The notes beneath the pieces were generated by a model. It was not told the origin of the DNA. It did no database searches and worked only from the letters and a program-made list of their open reading frames with translations. 64,000 nucleotides of DNA, taken from Tenacibaculum sp. GTDB lineage: Bacteria > Bacteroidota > Bacteroidia > Flavobacteriales > Flavobacteriaceae. The position numbers and the translations under genes were made by a program. The DNA lies in NCBI GenBank assembly GCA_020629275.1, contig JAHDDQ010000006.1, positions 1,275 through 65,274 on the forward strand, given 5' to 3'. Numbering within the stretch: the stretch's first letter is position 1; each line of letters starts with the position of its first letter. Shown one piece after another: positions 18,476-29,400 of the stretch.

Positions 18476-19820
18476 CAGTGTAATGTTCTTTTTTAAAGAT
18501 GCTTTGAGATTTTTATTATTCTTTTCTGTTACTTTATGTTTTAAAGAAACATATGCTTTAGGGGTGGCTACATTTGGTATTATAAGTAGTATTTATTTTT
18601 ATAAATTATATAGAGAACAGGTTGCTGAAAATGAGTTTTTTGAAACATATTTCCTCTTATTAATCTACTCATCTGTTTTTTCAGGAAGTATTCATAAAAT
18701 AATTTTAATAATTTTGTTACTTTTTCTGCTGAAAACCAGAATACAAAAGAAAGAAGTCCACAAAAAAGTAAACGTATATAAAGAGCAATTGTTTATAGTT
18801 TTATTTGGGATTTTATTTATAAATCACGCTTTATTTCCACCTTATTTTAATGGGTTAGATATTTTTATTTATTTCCTGTTAATTCCTATTCTTTTTTTGG
18901 GAATCAAAAAATTTAACTTTAAAATATCTTTTTCATCTGCCATAAAAGTTTTTATAACTTCAGTATTTATAGCTTCAATTATTTTAATTTTTCTAAACTT
19001 AGTAACAGGAAAATTGATAACAACAACACATACCTATTTTCCGGAAAGTATAGAATTAACACATGTTTATTTTGGAATATTTCTAGGGTTATCTAACTGT
19101 TTATTACTAGTAATGCATTCTCAAAAGCAAAGGTTTATAAACGTACCTTTAGACAGTTTTTTATTTGTATTTAATTGTTCTTTAGTAACCTATATAGGAG
19201 CAAGAATGACATTGCTGAGTATACTTTTCGTACTTCTTATCTTTATTTTCAATAAAGTCCCTTACAAGCTAATTTTTAAAATATCCTTTATATCTGTTGC
19301 CTTTGTAGGGTTACTTTTTTTTGGATCAAAAATTCCAAGAATAGCACAAGGAGTTAATGAAATTGAAACGCTTTACACTTCAGTAGAAACAAACGATAAA
19401 GAGAATATTGTGATGAATTCATGGAAAAATATGTACATGCGTTATCTGGTTACAAGTTATACTTTAGAAGAGATAAAAGACAATTGGTTCTTAGGGATAG
19501 GAATGCAAAATGTTGAAAAGCAGATAAGTAATAAAATTATAGCCGATGGTTATAAGTATTTTATAGGAATTAATCCACACAATCAATACCTTCACTTTTT
19601 TGTAGGTTTAGGAATATTTGGATTCCTTTATTTTCTTTATCTCATAATATATCTTTTAAGAAGCCACACAATTAGTATTTACGTATTATTATTTTTTCTT
19701 TCTGTAATGTTAACAGAATCTATTTTGGTTAGAGGAAAAGGAATTTTAGTATTTACTTTTTTTACGCTTCTATTACTTAACAAAAAACAAATAGCAGATG
19801 AAGATTATACACATAGCTAG
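18459..19820 (+). CDS. O-antigen ligase family membrane protein
   Basis: Multi-TM, WFLGIG, NPHNQYL motif. Confidence 0.8.
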   Translation: MQQMISSVMFFFKDALRFLLFFSVTLCFKETYALGVATFGIISSIYFYKLYREQVAENEFFETYFLLLIYSSVFSGSIHKIILIILLLFLLKTRIQKKEVHKKVNVYKEQLFIVLFGILFINHALFPPYFNGLDIFIYFLLIPILFLGIKKFNFKISFSSAIKVFITSVFIASIILIFLNLVTGKLITTTHTYFPESIELTHVYFGIFLGLSNCLLLVMHSQKQRFINVPLDSFLFVFNCSLVTYIGARMTLLSILFVLLIFIFNKVPYKLIFKISFISVAFVGLLFFGSKIPRIAQGVNEIETLYTSVETNDKENIVMNSWKNMYMRYLVTSYTLEEIKDNWFLGIGMQNVEKQISNKIIADGYKYFIGINPHNQYLHFFVGLGIFGFLYFLYLIIYLLRSHTISIYVLLFFLSVMLTESILVRGKGILVFTFFTLLLLNKKQIADEDYTHS

Positions 19821-20916
19821 ACCTATTGCAGGTGTAGGAGTATATATTCAACTCTTAACAAAAAACATTGCGTCTCAAAAGTTTAAGAACGTTGTGTTAT
19901 GCAATTCAGAAGATAAAAACAGTAAACTTATTAATGCTGATGGCGAAGATATTATTACCCGTGATATTGGTTTAATTAGAGAAATTAATATAAGAAGAGA
20001 TATAAAAAGTTTACAGAAAATAATCGCTTTTATAAAAAAAGAAAATCCAAACCTTATACATTGCCACAGTGCTAAAGCAGGAATTTTAGGAAGGTTAGCA
20101 GGGTTAATTACAAAAACTCCCGTTCTGTATACACCACATGCGTATTCATATTTGAGTGGCGAGAGCAAACTCAAAAAGTATATTTTTAAGACGATTGAAA
20201 AGATTTTTAAGTTTTTCCCAGCAAAAACCTTAGCATGCTCAGAGTCGGAATATGAAAGAACAATAAAGGATTTAAGGTTTGCAAATAAAAAAGTCTTACT
20301 GTGGAAAAATACAGTAGAAGACGAAAACTTTCAAAACCTGAACAATATACCTTTACAAGTGCCAAATTTTTTTATTTGTACTATAGGAAGGCCATCTTTT
20401 CAGAAAAACACAGAGTTGTTGGTAAAAGCAATTCATGAAATAAAAAAGAAAGAGAATACGATCCATCTAGTAGTTTTAGGAGTAGGTTTTTATTCTCCAA
20501 CTTTAGAATACATAAAAAAGCTAATTAAAAATAAAAACTTAGAAAATAACATTACTTTAGTTGACTTTATAGATAGAAAAGATTGTTTGCAGATTTTGGA
20601 AAAAAGTTCATTGTTCGTTTCAACATCTAGGTATGAAGGATTATCTTATGCAGGTATTGAAGCCCTAATGTTGTCTAAACCGTGTGTGTTAACCAATGTA
20701 GATGGAAACAGAGATCTAGTGGATCATGGTGTGAATGGTTTTTTAACGCAACAAACAGAAAAAGATGTTGCAAAGTATGTATTAAAAATACTTTCGAACT
20801 ATAGTTTAAGAGAAGAAATGAGTAGTGCTTCCAGAGTAAAATTTGAAGGTGAGTTCAATATAAAAAACACAATTAAAGAACTAGAAAAGATTTATATAAA
20901 AGAAGGTAAATTTTGA
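19798..20916 (+). CDS. Glycosyltransferase family 4
   Basis: HCHSAKAGILGR, IGRPSFQK, SRYEGLSYAGIEA. Confidence 0.92.
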   Translation: MKIIHIARPIAGVGVYIQLLTKNIASQKFKNVVLCNSEDKNSKLINADGEDIITRDIGLIREINIRRDIKSLQKIIAFIKKENPNLIHCHSAKAGILGRLAGLITKTPVLYTPHAYSYLSGESKLKKYIFKTIEKIFKFFPAKTLACSESEYERTIKDLRFANKKVLLWKNTVEDENFQNLNNIPLQVPNFFICTIGRPSFQKNTELLVKAIHEIKKKENTIHLVVLGVGFYSPTLEYIKKLIKNKNLENNITLVDFIDRKDCLQILEKSSLFVSTSRYEGLSYAGIEALMLSKPCVLTNVDGNRDLVDHGVNGFLTQQTEKDVAKYVLKILSNYSLREEMSSASRVKFEGEFNIKNTIKELEKIYIKEGKF

Positions 20917-22268
20917 AACTAATAAATTCTAAATACGCGCAGATTACTTTTTTAGTATTAGATATACTCATCATTAATCTTGTGATTTTTATTGTTTTTG
21001 AAAAGCAACACCAAAATCTGTTGTTTTTCCTATATCAGAGCCTTTTTTGGGTCTTTATATCATATACAGTAAAATACTATCAAGTACACCGTTATACGAG
21101 CGTTTTTAGGGTGTTAAAGCTTATTTTTCTTCAGCTAGTTTTATATACAATTTCATTTTTTGCATATTTTGGAATCTTTAAAGAAGGGATAGTTGTAAAC
21201 ACACAGTTTAAAACATTGACTTTTATATATATAGCACTTGCTATAAAGAAAATTTTCTTTTTTTATTATTTGAAAAGAGCTAGAGAATCTGGAAAAAATG
21301 TAAAGAGTGTTATTTTTTTAGAAAGAGATAGTACATCAAAGAAAATGATGAAATTGTTTGACAATCAAAGAAGCTTAGGATATTCTTTAATGGGTTTTTT
21401 CTCTAACAAAACAAATAACGACAGTAAATACCTAGGTACGGAAGAAGAAATGTACTCGTTTATTTCAATAAATAAAGTAGATGAAATCTATGCAACGCTA
21501 TCTGAATTAAAGAAAGGACAAGTTCAGCGCATCACAAAATTTTCTAGTCTACATAATATTAGACTCAAGCTAATTCCAGATTCTAAAGAATTCTATAGTA
21601 AAAATCAGAAAGTTGAATACTACGACGATACAATTAAGGTTTTATCGGTAAAGAGATTACCTTTTGATTTTCTAGAAAACAGAATCCAAAAGAGAATCTT
21701 TGACATATTTTTTTCATTTTTTGCTATAGCATTTATTATGTCTTGGTTAGTTCCTATTTTATGGATATTAATAAAATTAGAATCTAAAGGGCCACTATTT
21801 TTTACCCAAGAAAGAGAAGGTTTAAAAGGGGAGAAATTTGTGTGTTACAAATTTAGATCAATGCGAAAAAACAAGTTAGCAAACAAAATTCATACTACAA
21901 AAAATGATGCTAGAGTAACTAAAATAGGAGCATTCATAAGAAAAACAAGTATAGACGAATTACCACAATTTTTCAATGTTTTTTTAGGAGATATGAGTGT
22001 AGTAGGACCGCGTCCACATATGGAAAGCCTCTCTATCGAATACAGAAAAGATGTACATAACTATATGGAACGACATGCAGTAAAACCAGGAATAACTGGG
22101 CTTGCGCAAATTAGTGGTTATAGAGGAGAAGTAAGAAAAAAATCAGATATTAAAAACAGAGTTAGATTAGATATTTTCTACATAGAAAACTGGTCCTTTT
22201 TCCTCGACGTAAAAATTATTATAAAAACAGTATTAAATATCTTTCAAGGAGACGAAAAAGCATATTAA
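20913..22268 (+). CDS. Undecaprenyl-phosphate sugar phosphotransferase (WcaJ-like initiating transferase)
   Basis: KRIFDI, YKFRSM, SIDELPQFFNV, VVGPRP, VKPGITGLAQ. Confidence 0.93.
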   Translation: MKLINSKYAQITFLVLDILIINLVIFIVFEKQHQNLLFFLYQSLFWVFISYTVKYYQVHRYTSVFRVLKLIFLQLVLYTISFFAYFGIFKEGIVVNTQFKTLTFIYIALAIKKIFFFYYLKRARESGKNVKSVIFLERDSTSKKMMKLFDNQRSLGYSLMGFFSNKTNNDSKYLGTEEEMYSFISINKVDEIYATLSELKKGQVQRITKFSSLHNIRLKLIPDSKEFYSKNQKVEYYDDTIKVLSVKRLPFDFLENRIQKRIFDIFFSFFAIAFIMSWLVPILWILIKLESKGPLFFTQEREGLKGEKFVCYKFRSMRKNKLANKIHTTKNDARVTKIGAFIRKTSIDELPQFFNVFLGDMSVVGPRPHMESLSIEYRKDVHNYMERHAVKPGITGLAQISGYRGEVRKKSDIKNRVRLDIFYIENWSFFLDVKIIIKTVLNIFQGDEKAY

Positions 22269-23021
22269 TTGGTTCAAAAAAAGGACATATCTATAGCTAT
22301 TGTATTGTATAAGGAAAATCCTAAAATCCTTCAAAAAACTATTGATAGTGTCTTGCAAATATCGTTAACAAAACACTTGTTTTTGATAGATAATTCACCA
22401 ACGAACAACTTACAAAGTTTAGCTAATCACCCTGATACATCCTATATAAAAAACGAAAGAAATATAGGTTTTGGAGCAGCAAATAACTTGATTAAAAATC
22501 AAACAGAAATTACCTCAACGTTTCATTTAGTATTAAATCCAGATGTAGTTTTTGAGCCAGATACAATTGTAAAACTTATTCACAGATTAAAAGCATATCA
22601 AGAAGTAATGATGATTGCTCCACGTGTTGTTTTTCCTAACGGAAGCCATCAGTTTACAATTAGAAAATATCCTACCTTTTTTGATCTGATTATTCGTAAG
22701 CTCACTATTTTTAAAAATAGAATTCATGATAAAGAATATAGAAATGAAGAGGTAACAAAACCATTTTTTCCTGAGGTAATCCATGGTTGCTTTATGCTTT
22801 TCAAAACAGAAGATTTCTTAAAGATAGGAGGTTTTGATGAGCGTTATTTTTTATACATGGAAGATGTCGATCTCTGTAAAAAAATAGATGCCTATGGCAA
22901 GCAAAAAATGTACGATCCTTCTGTTTCTGTTTCTCACGTTTTAATGAAGGGATCATCAAAAGAAATGAAGCTCTTTTTTTATCACCTATCCTCAGCAATA
23001 AAATATTTTTTAAAGTGGTAA
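22269..23021 (+). CDS. Glycosyltransferase family 2 (WbbL/rhamnosyltransferase-like)
   Basis: NIGFGAANN, LNPD, GFDERYFLYMEDVDLC. Confidence 0.88.
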   Translation: MVQKKDISIAIVLYKENPKILQKTIDSVLQISLTKHLFLIDNSPTNNLQSLANHPDTSYIKNERNIGFGAANNLIKNQTEITSTFHLVLNPDVVFEPDTIVKLIHRLKAYQEVMMIAPRVVFPNGSHQFTIRKYPTFFDLIIRKLTIFKNRIHDKEYRNEEVTKPFFPEVIHGCFMLFKTEDFLKIGGFDERYFLYMEDVDLCKKIDAYGKQKMYDPSVSVSHVLMKGSSKEMKLFFYHLSSAIKYFLKW

Positions 23022-23055
23022 ATAAATTATATTTGCACCTCAACAACACAACAAA

Positions 23056-24330
23056 ATGAATATTTTAATCTTAGGCTCTGGAGGAAGAGAGCACGCATTT
23101 GCCTATAAGCTTTCTCAAAGTAAAAAAGTTAACCAACTATTTGTTGCTCCAGGAAACGCAGGAACTTCAAAAATTGCAACAAACGTAGCAATTAATCCAG
23201 TTGATTTTAAAGCAGTAAAAGAAATCGTTTTAGAAAAGAAAATACGTATGGTTGTTGTAGGACCTGAAGCTCCTTTGGTTGAGGGAGTTCATGATTTTTT
23301 TCTTGCTGACGATCAGTTAAAAGACATCCCTGTTATTGGACCTAAGAAAGATGGTGCTTTACTAGAAGGAAGCAAAGACTTTTCCAAACAGTTTATGCTA
23401 AAACACAATATACCTACAGCACAATATCAATCATTTACAAATACTACCTTAAAAGAAGGTAAAGCATTTTTAGAAACGCTTAAAGCACCTTATGTTTTAA
23501 AAGCCGACGGTTTAGCTGCAGGAAAAGGAGTTTTAATATTAAATTCTCTTGAAGAAGCGAAGAAGGAGTTAGAAGAAATGTTAACAAATGAAAAGTTTGG
23601 AGAGGCATCATCTACTGTTGTTATTGAAGAATTTTTAGATGGAATAGAGCTTTCCGTATTTGTATTAACAGATGGTAAAAGTTATAAAATATTACCTTCT
23701 GCTAAAGATTACAAAAGAATTGGAGAAGGAGATACAGGTTTAAATACAGGTGGAATGGGCGCAATATCACCAGTTCCTTTTGCAAATCAAGATTTTTTAG
23801 ATAAAGTTGAAGAACGAATTGTTAAACCTACAGTTAATGGTTTACAGAAAGATGGAATAGACTACAGAGGCTTTATTTTTATAGGTCTTATGAATATTAA
23901 CGGAAATCCATTTGTTATAGAATATAACGTAAGAATGGGAGATCCAGAAACAGAAGCAGTACTACCTAGAATTGAATCTGATTTATTTGATTTATTTGAC
24001 GGAGTCGCTCATCAAAACTTAGAAGAGAAATCATTTAGCGTTACCAATAAGACAGCGACAACAGTTATGTTAGTTTCTGGAGGTTATCCGGAAGCATATG
24101 AAAAATCTAAAGAAATTACTGGTTTCGAAAAAATTGAAGACTCTATTGTATTCCATGCAGGAACAAAAATAGATACTGATAAAGTTGTTACAAACGGAGG
24201 TAGAGTAATGGCAATAACATCTTTAGGTAACTCAATTGAAGAAGCATTATCTACTACCTATAAGAATATTGATAACATTTCTTTTGAGAAGATGAATTAT
24301 AGAAAAGATATAGGATTTGATTTAAAGTAG
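23056..24330 (+). CDS. purD: Phosphoribosylamine--glycine ligase
   Basis: GSGGREHA, KADGLAAGKGV, GLNTGGMG, RMGDPE. TAtaTTTG -7 element at 23028. Confidence 0.98.
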   Translation: MNILILGSGGREHAFAYKLSQSKKVNQLFVAPGNAGTSKIATNVAINPVDFKAVKEIVLEKKIRMVVVGPEAPLVEGVHDFFLADDQLKDIPVIGPKKDGALLEGSKDFSKQFMLKHNIPTAQYQSFTNTTLKEGKAFLETLKAPYVLKADGLAAGKGVLILNSLEEAKKELEEMLTNEKFGEASSTVVIEEFLDGIELSVFVLTDGKSYKILPSAKDYKRIGEGDTGLNTGGMGAISPVPFANQDFLDKVEERIVKPTVNGLQKDGIDYRGFIFIGLMNINGNPFVIEYNVRMGDPETEAVLPRIESDLFDLFDGVAHQNLEEKSFSVTNKTATTVMLVSGGYPEAYEKSKEITGFEKIEDSIVFHAGTKIDTDKVVTNGGRVMAITSLGNSIEEALSTTYKNIDNISFEKMNYRKDIGFDLK

Positions 24331-24345
24331 ATTAATCAAATTACA

Positions 24346-24392
24346 ATAGTACCAGAAATTACGACGATGTATTTATTAATTTCTGGTACTAT
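24346..24392. repeat. 16-bp perfect inverted repeat between convergent purD and kinase genes
   Basis: atagtaccagaaatta ... taatttctggtactat. Probably a terminator or 3' stabiliser, but there is no U tract. Confidence 0.7.
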
Positions 24393-24393
24393 C

Positions 24394-25443
24394 TTAAATA
24401 ATAGTCTCCTTACCAAGAGTAAACGAAAATTCTGAACCTTCACCAAACTCACTTTTAAGGAGTATTGTTTCATTATGTGCTTCAATAATATGTTTAACAA
24501 TAGATAAGCCTAATCCTGAACCACCTTGTTCTCTCGATCTACTTTGATCTACTCTATAAAAACGTTCAAATAATCTAGGAATATGTTCTTGTTTAATACC
24601 CTCACCATTATCAGAAATTTTAATGATAAACTTATTTTCATTGTAACTTTCAACACTAGCAGTAGTAACACCACCTATTTTACCATATTTAATTGAATTA
24701 ACAATTAAGTTAATCAATACCTGTTCTACGCGTTCAACATCTCCTTTTACAACTAACGGATATTCATAGATTTTGTCAAAGATTAACTTGATGTTACGCT
24801 TTTTAGCCTTCATTTCGAACAGATCAAAAACGGTCTGTATTAGTTCGATAATATTAAAAGGTTCGATCTTCATTTTCATTCCATCTGTTTCTAATTTGGC
24901 GATCATATCCAAATCTTTAACAATAGAAGTTAAACGCTCTACACCTTTATTGGCTCGCTCAAGATATTTATCTCTTATTTCTTTGTCGTTTGCCGCACCT
25001 TCTATTAAGGTTAAAATATAACCCTGAACAGTAAATAAAGGTGTTTTAAGCTCATGAGCAACATTTCCTAAGAAATCTCTACGAAAAGAATCTCTTTCTG
25101 TTAAGTTAGCGATTTCCACCTTTTTATCTTCAACATATTCCTCTACAGTTTTGGTAAATTCATCAATATCTGTAGTTACTTTATCTCTTTTTAAATCATT
25201 AACATCTAAAATCGAAATATCTTCATATAATTTTTTAACTCTCTGGTATATAAAGTGCTCTGCCCGATATTGAATTACAAAGAAAGAGACAATAAATAAA
25301 ATTAAGCCAAATATAATTATAGAAACTGTACCAAGAGAATTAAAGAAAAATAGATAAGAAGATACAGCGACAAAAATAGAAATTACTGTAAGGTATAATG
25401 CTGATACTAGTGCATAATTATATGTTTTTTTTAATTTTTTCAT
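24394..25443 (-). CDS. Sensor histidine kinase, PhoR-like
   Basis: FLGNVAHELKTPL, NLIVNSIKY, RLFERFYRVD, GGSGLGLSIVKH. Confidence 0.92.
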   Translation of the reverse strand: MKKLKKTYNYALVSALYLTVISIFVAVSSYLFFFNSLGTVSIIIFGLILFIVSFFVIQYRAEHFIYQRVKKLYEDISILDVNDLKRDKVTTDIDEFTKTVEEYVEDKKVEIANLTERDSFRRDFLGNVAHELKTPLFTVQGYILTLIEGAANDKEIRDKYLERANKGVERLTSIVKDLDMIAKLETDGMKMKIEPFNIIELIQTVFDLFEMKAKKRNIKLIFDKIYEYPLVVKGDVERVEQVLINLIVNSIKYGKIGGVTTASVESYNENKFIIKISDNGEGIKQEHIPRLFERFYRVDQSRSREQGGSGLGLSIVKHIIEAHNETILLKSEFGEGSEFSFTLGKETII

Positions 25444-25448
25444 AATAC

Positions 25449-25476
25449 AAAAAAGACTACCGTTTTTGGGTAGTCT
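25449..25476 (-). terminator. Terminator-like hairpin between regulator and kinase genes
   Basis: Minus strand agactacc-caaaaac-ggtagtct-ttttt, ending 5 nt before the kinase ATG. Confidence 0.6.
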
Positions 25477-25500
25477 AAAATTAATATTTTTAGTGTTAAA

Positions 25501-26196
25501 TTACCTATCTGTTTCTAAAACAAATTTGTAACCTACTCCTTTTACAGTTTTAAAGTGGTGATCTCCTATTTTTTCTCGTAATTTTCGAATATGAACATCA
25601 ATTGTTCTACCACCCACAACAACTTCATTACCCCATACATTATCTAAAATAGTTTCACGTTTAAATACTTTACCTGGTTTTGAAGTTAATAAAGAGAATA
25701 ATTCAAATTCTTTTCTAGGTAATGTAATTTTTTCCTCACCTTTAAAAACAACATATTCATCTCTATTGATAAGTATATCTCCTATCTTAGTAGTAGCTTC
25801 GGAAGCAGTGTCAGTTTTTAAACGACGTAATAAAGATTTAACTTTACTAACTAAAATTTTTGGTTTAACAGGTTTTGTAATGTAGTCATCAGCTCCAGCA
25901 TCGAATCCTGCTACCTGAGAATAATCTTCTCCTCTTGCAGTAAGGAAAGAAATAATAACATTTTCGAGAGGTTTTACAGATCTTATTTTTTCACAAGCTT
26001 CAATACCATCCATTTCAGGCATCATAATATCTAAAAGAATTAAATGTGGCGTTATTTTCTTTGCCATTTTAACTCCTTCAGCACCATTTATAGCTGTATA
26101 AACTTGGTATCCTTCTGATCTTAAATTATATCCGACTATTTCTAAAATATCTGGTTCATCATCAACCAATAAAATTTTAATGTCGTTAGTATTCAT
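25501..26196 (-). CDS. OmpR/PhoB-family response regulator
   Basis: LLVDDE, LLDIMMP, GADDYITKP, RTIDVHIRKLREK. Confidence 0.95.
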   Translation of the reverse strand: MNTNDIKILLVDDEPDILEIVGYNLRSEGYQVYTAINGAEGVKMAKKITPHLILLDIMMPEMDGIEACEKIRSVKPLENVIISFLTARGEDYSQVAGFDAGADDYITKPVKPKILVSKVKSLLRRLKTDTASEATTKIGDILINRDEYVVFKGEEKITLPRKEFELFSLLTSKPGKVFKRETILDNVWGNEVVVGGRTIDVHIRKLREKIGDHHFKTVKGVGYKFVLETDR

Positions 26197-26243
26197 AGGT
26201 CTATTTCGATTAAAAACAACTCAAAAGTAACGATTTAATCATA

Positions 26244-26287
26244 AACATAGTTAAAGGCATATTAACTTAATGTTGATTTAATATTAA
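26244..26287. promoter_or_regulatory. Four 11-bp-period direct repeats (OmpR/PhoB-type operator candidate)
   Basis: aacatagttaa / aggcatattaa / cttaatgttga / tttaatattaa. Confidence 0.5.
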
Positions 26288-26402
26288 CAAAAAGAATTTT
26301 CTTAATTATTAAGAACCAATCATTTAATTTTACAATTATTTTTTTCTGTAGTTTAACGTTATGTAATTTCTTAATTTTATCACCAATTCGAAACTTAAAA
26401 TT

Positions 26403-29400
26403 ATGAAAAGAAATTACCTTTTACTTCTATTAACTGTGTTAACTATATTTTTTTCTTTTGGGCAAGAGAATCAAGATTATATTACTTTTGATAGCAGAGC
26501 ACAAGATCATATAGATGATCGTGTAATTAATGTTCTAAACGAACAATCAATGGATCCAAGTATCAATATATTCTCACCAGCTAATGGTCAGGTTTTTGAT
26601 GCAAATACTACGAGCATAGATATTGCTTATGATATTTTAGATTTTCCAGATTTTGATGGATTAATTATTTTTTCTGTAAAAGAGGATGGTGATTTTATAG
26701 TAATAGATAATGTTATAACATCAACAAATATTAATTTAGATATTAGATCAGGGAGAGTTTATGAGGTAATAGATCTTTAAGAGATACTTTTCAGAATCCT
26801 TATTCACCAGATATAACATCAACAATCAACTTTTCTGTAGCAGCTCCAGCAGCTGAACCATCGATCGTGATTACATCGCCAACGGAAGGACAAGTTCTTG
26901 ATGAAACAAAGAATACTGTAACAGTTAATTATAATATTTTAGATTTTCCTGGTTTTACTTTAGGTGCCGATGGTTCGATATTATATGAAGTAGAAAGAAA
27001 TGGAGTCACCATTTTGACTCAAGATGATTTTACAGGATCAAGTTTTGACGTAGATTTATTACCCAACAGTACATATAGGGTAACAATGGAATTGGTTGAT
27101 GCTTCAAGGAATTCATTTTCACCAGCTATTAAAACTACGGTTAATTTTTCTGTAGCATCTACAACTGCTGAGCCTTCAGTAGTGATTACATCACCAACAG
27201 AAGGTCAAGTTTTTGATGTAGGAACAACGAGTGTGATATTTTTATATGACGTTTTAAATTTCCCAGATTTTGAAAATGGTACTGTTAATGGTTTTGTTAG
27301 TTATACACTAAGTAAATCAGGTAATCCAACGACAACTTCAGCAATACAACCAGCAGGAGTTCAAGTTTTAAGAGCAGTAAGTGCAGGTGATTATTTTGCT
27401 CAAGTAGAACTGTTAGATAGTACGAAAGAATCTTTTTCACCGGCGATAATCACTTCAGTAAACTTTTCAGTTTTAGCAGCAACAGCAGAACCAAGTATTA
27501 ATATATTTTCACCTACAAATGGAGAGGTTTTCGATGCTGGAACAACAACTGTAGATGTATCATACGATATTCTAGATTTCCCCAGTTTTACCCCAGGAGC
27601 AGATGGTTTTGTGGTATACACATTGAATGAAGATGGCGTAGTAGTGTATACTAATAACGACACAAGAGATGCCACAATTAGCAATTCAGTAAGTTCAGGG
27701 AAAAGTTATAAGGTAATTATAGAATTAACTGATGCAGCAGGAAACCCGTTTTCACCAGCAATAAAGTCAACAATCGATTTTTCTGTAGCATCCACAACTG
27801 CAGAACCTTCAGTGGTTATAACATCGCCAACAGAAGGTCAAGTTTTTGATGCAAGTACAACGAATGTAACATTCTTGTACGATGTTTTAAACTTTCCAGA
27901 TTTTGAAAATGGTACAATTAACGGTTTTGTTAGCTATACATTTAGTAAGTCAGGTAATCCAACTACAACAACAGCTATTCAGTCTGCGGGTGTTGAAGTT
28001 TCAAGAGCAGTAAGTGCAGGAGATTATTTTGTTCAAGTAGAATTATTAGATAGTGCAAAGGAATCTTTTTCACCAGCTATTATAACTTCAGTAAACTTTT
28101 CAGTTTTAGCAACAGCAGAGCCAAGTATTAATATATTTTCACCTGAGGAAGGGCAAATTTTTGATGCAGGAACAACGAGTGTAGATGTATCATACGATAT
28201 TCTAGATTTTCTAGCTTTACAGCAGGTGCAGATGGCTTTGTAGTGTATACATTGAAAGAAGATGGTGAAGTAACATATACGAATAACGATACTAGAGATG
28301 CTACCATTAGCAACTCAGTAAGTTCAGGGAAAAGTTATGAAGTAATTGTAGAGTTAGTTGATGCTTCAGGAAATCGATTCTCACCAGAGATAAAATCAAC
28401 AATTAATTTTTCAGTAGCAAATTCTACTGTTGAGCCAACACTTGTAATTACTTCACCTTCAGAAGGAAGTGTTTTCGATGCTGTAAAGAATAAAGTAACA
28501 ATTAATTATGAAATTAAAGATTTCCCTGGATTCACTTTAGGAGCTGACGGATCAATAATATACGAAATATTAAGAAATGGAGATTCTGTTTTTATTCAAG
28601 ATGATTTTACTGGTTCAAGCTTTGATGTAGATGTGTCACCAGACAATAATTACACAGTAATGATGGAATTAGTTGATGCATCAAGAAACCCGTTTTCACC
28701 AGCGATTAAAACATTCGTGAACTTTTCGGTTTTAGCTGCAACAACAGAACCAAGTATTAATATTTATGCACCGTCAAATGGTGAAGTTTTTGAAGCCAGT
28801 ATAACAAATGTAGATGTTTCTTACGATATTTTAAACTTTCCTAGTTTCACGCCAGGATCAGACGGTTTTATAGTGTATACACTGAAAGAAGATGGAGCAA
28901 TTATATACACTAACAACGATATAAGAGATGCTACGGTTAGTAATACAGTAAGTTCAGGAAAGAGCTATGAAGTAACAATAACATTAGTTGATGCTTCAGG
29001 AAACCCGTTTTCACCAGCAATACAATCAACAATCAACTTTTCTGTAGCAGCATCAACAGCAGAACCTTCAGTGGTTATTACATCACCAAAACAAGGAGGT
29101 TTCTTATCACCAAACACAACTCAGGTTATTGTTAATTATGAAATTAAAGACTTTCCTGATTTTATTCCTGGTTCAAATGGCTTTATAAGATATCAAGTTT
29201 GGAAAAATTCAGATTTAGTAATTACGGAAGATAACCTTATAGATATCTTTTTCGACGTAACACCAGGATCATATCAAGTTACGGTTGAGTTATTAAATGA
29301 TTCTAAAGAAGAATTTTCTCCTAGAATATTAACGTCAACTTCATTTTTTATTGAAGATTCATTTAGAAAGGTAGAAAGTTTAGAGGTTTTAGGGTTTTCA

